Positions 62,043 to 64,000 of a stretch of 64,000 nt of DNA are shown piece after piece. The notes below the pieces were generated by a model. That model did no database searches. It saw only the letters and a program-made list of their open reading frames with translations, and was not told where the DNA came from. The stretch is from Octopus vulgaris (taxonomy: Eukaryota). The stretch spans positions 40,300,001 through 40,364,000 of the forward strand of contig OX597832.1 in assembly GCA_951406725.2 (NCBI GenBank), given 5' to 3'. The first letter of the stretch is position 1, and each line of letters opens with the position of its first letter. A program made the position numbers and the translations under genes.

Positions 62043-63593
62043 AAATCGAAGGCCCTTTGTAAAAAAATTATACCAGAAGCTCTCAGAAAAATTGAAAACA
62101 GAGCTTTTAATTATCTTGAGTCATTGTAGACTGTGCACTTGTTTAGCTTATGTCCAAATTTGGTACTGGTAAGGCCTAGTATTTGTAGCAATTCTGAGGA
62201 CTTAATGTCATTCATATATAAGGAGTATGTAGTGTAATACCGTTTCCTCCATATGTGTCGTGATAATGTTTTGGTACAGTTGAAGGAGACAAGATACTAT
62301 TTCCCACTTGGGAGGTGAGGATGCTTTGAAGGTCTCTGTTCATGGAAACAGTTGCAAGCCTGGCTTGATAAGTGTTTAAATTTTATGAGGATAGTTCCTG
62401 TGTGCAGAAAGTTAAGGAGGAATGAAAGCGCTTGATTTCATCTGCATGAGAATGCATGGTTACATATAGCAGTAAACAAAGGTGGAACAACATTACTTTT
62501 ACTGAGTTCTGAAGGATGAATGGCCACAGATGTATAACACAGAAGGATAAAATTTCCATAGATATAGTTCTACCAGTTGACTGATGGACATTTGAAAGCA
62601 ATTCTCTTGGTTGGATGTAGCAATTCCAAAGCAAATATTGATATTTTAAAAGCTAAACACCATTTTCACAAATATCACAAACCATTTTTTTCTGCTTAGT
62701 TTGTGAAATTTGGATATGTGCACACTTATTGCTAACATCACCTTCTTTGATAATTTTTCGGTAAATAAATTTGTTGGTTGTCTTTAGTTTTTTTGTGAGT
62801 GTATTCACTGTATTGTATTGAACAAAATGGTTGTGTGGCCTTTGCTTGTCATTCTCTCGGTTATCTGGTCCACTGTGGAAAAAATTTGGTGACCCCTGGA
62901 ATACACAGTCAAGAAATGGATCCCAAAAGAGAGACAGACAGACAGACAACAGAGACATTAAAAAGTATCAACATGTTACCAGTCCAAATACACTTGGTGC
63001 ATATCAAAAAGTATGGTGAGGACAGGTGCTAGCAATGCACTGCTTTATGGTAACGGAAGGAATACTGTTAGGACTGATCCCCTTGTTTTTATACCTGGAA
63101 AATATATCTATGTGTGACCACACAACAAATTGTATAAGTGTCTACAAAACTATTTACCAATGCCTCAGGTTAACCTAATCCTTCTGAGTGAGATTAGGTA
63201 GGCAGAAATTGTGTGGACACCTGCTGAATGGAGTGCATTTATATTTCAAAGGTACAGTCTTGTTATACACACTAATTCTACCTGTCGATTACATTAACAG
63301 TACATGTGTCTGTGGAATACTCAGCCATGTCACATGCTTATTCACTGAGCTGGTAATTCAGTTGATCAAACAACTGAATCATCATGGAGTTCCATTAGTT
63401 TCAGTACATCTACCCCAGACACTGTGACAGTAATAGTTTCATAATTAATGACATGATGTTTCTTTTACTCATGTTGTTTTAATTGCAAGAAGGTAATTGG
63501 CATAATATTAATTAAAAAAAACATTTCTTCTGCTGATGACAGGATATGAACTCAGAATGTTTTAGCTTGGTGGCTAATATTTTACCCTCTTAA

Positions 63594-63814
63594 CCCTTTC
63601 ATTACCATTTTTATTTTGAGATGCTCCGTACTTCTTTCAATTACTTTAAATATAACAAAGAATTTAGTAAAATAACTTAGTTATCATTCAGCTAGTGTTA
63701 GGAGCATTAACTGTGACTAAGGTTTGGTGGAAGATTTTAATTCAAAACTTAAGAAAACAAGACATTGGTACTACAGAGCCAGAGGCGGTTTCAGCCGGGT
63801 TGGTAATGAAAGGG
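63594..63814. mobile_element. piggyBac-type MITE
   Basis: TTAA|CCCTTTCATTACCA...TGGTAATGAAAGGG|TTAA, a perfect 14-bp TIR. Confidence 0.88.
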
Positions 63815-64000
63815 TTAATTATCATTATTAGGGTTTTAATTTTTTAATCTAAATTCAGTTCCAAAGCCTGCATTATCTTTCAACTTTCAGTCATTTTTTT
63901 AAGGACTTATTCAGAGAAGGAAAGGCAGCATCCTTAATCCTTTTCTCAGGCCCTTACAATGCATGAAATTTTGATATCTGAATATAAATTTTCACCTCAA

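Overview
AT-rich, microsatellite- and transposon-dense animal genomic DNA. It is most likely coleoid cephalopod (octopus-like), an inference from the SINE families, (TA)n density and TTAGGG arrays. Two host genes are supported. (1) A lysosomal Pro-X carboxypeptidase (PRCP, peptidase S28) on the + strand has eight in-frame GT-AG coding exons from 1901 to 14971 and an intact Ser/Asp/His triad; its first, signal-peptide exon is not seen and probably lies upstream of the window. (2) An intronless MSL2 RING E3-ligase ORF on the - strand (59066-60130) has a CpG-rich promoter and apparently lacks the CXC DNA-binding domain. The rest is mobile DNA: CR1, RTE, CRE, RLE-type and Penelope-like retroelement fragments, several tRNA-derived SINE families, Tc1/mariner, hAT, MULE-like and piggyBac MITEs, non-autonomous Helitrons, and a U6 pseudogene. 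The most notable hidden signal is a set of type I hammerhead ribozyme motifs in short elements, mostly next to (TA)n tracts: two have intact catalytic cores (47225-47309 and 36578-36615) and five are degenerate. Other highlights are triple-nested DNA transposons carrying telomeric repeats and several long DNA palindromes. All calls were made by eye without database searches.
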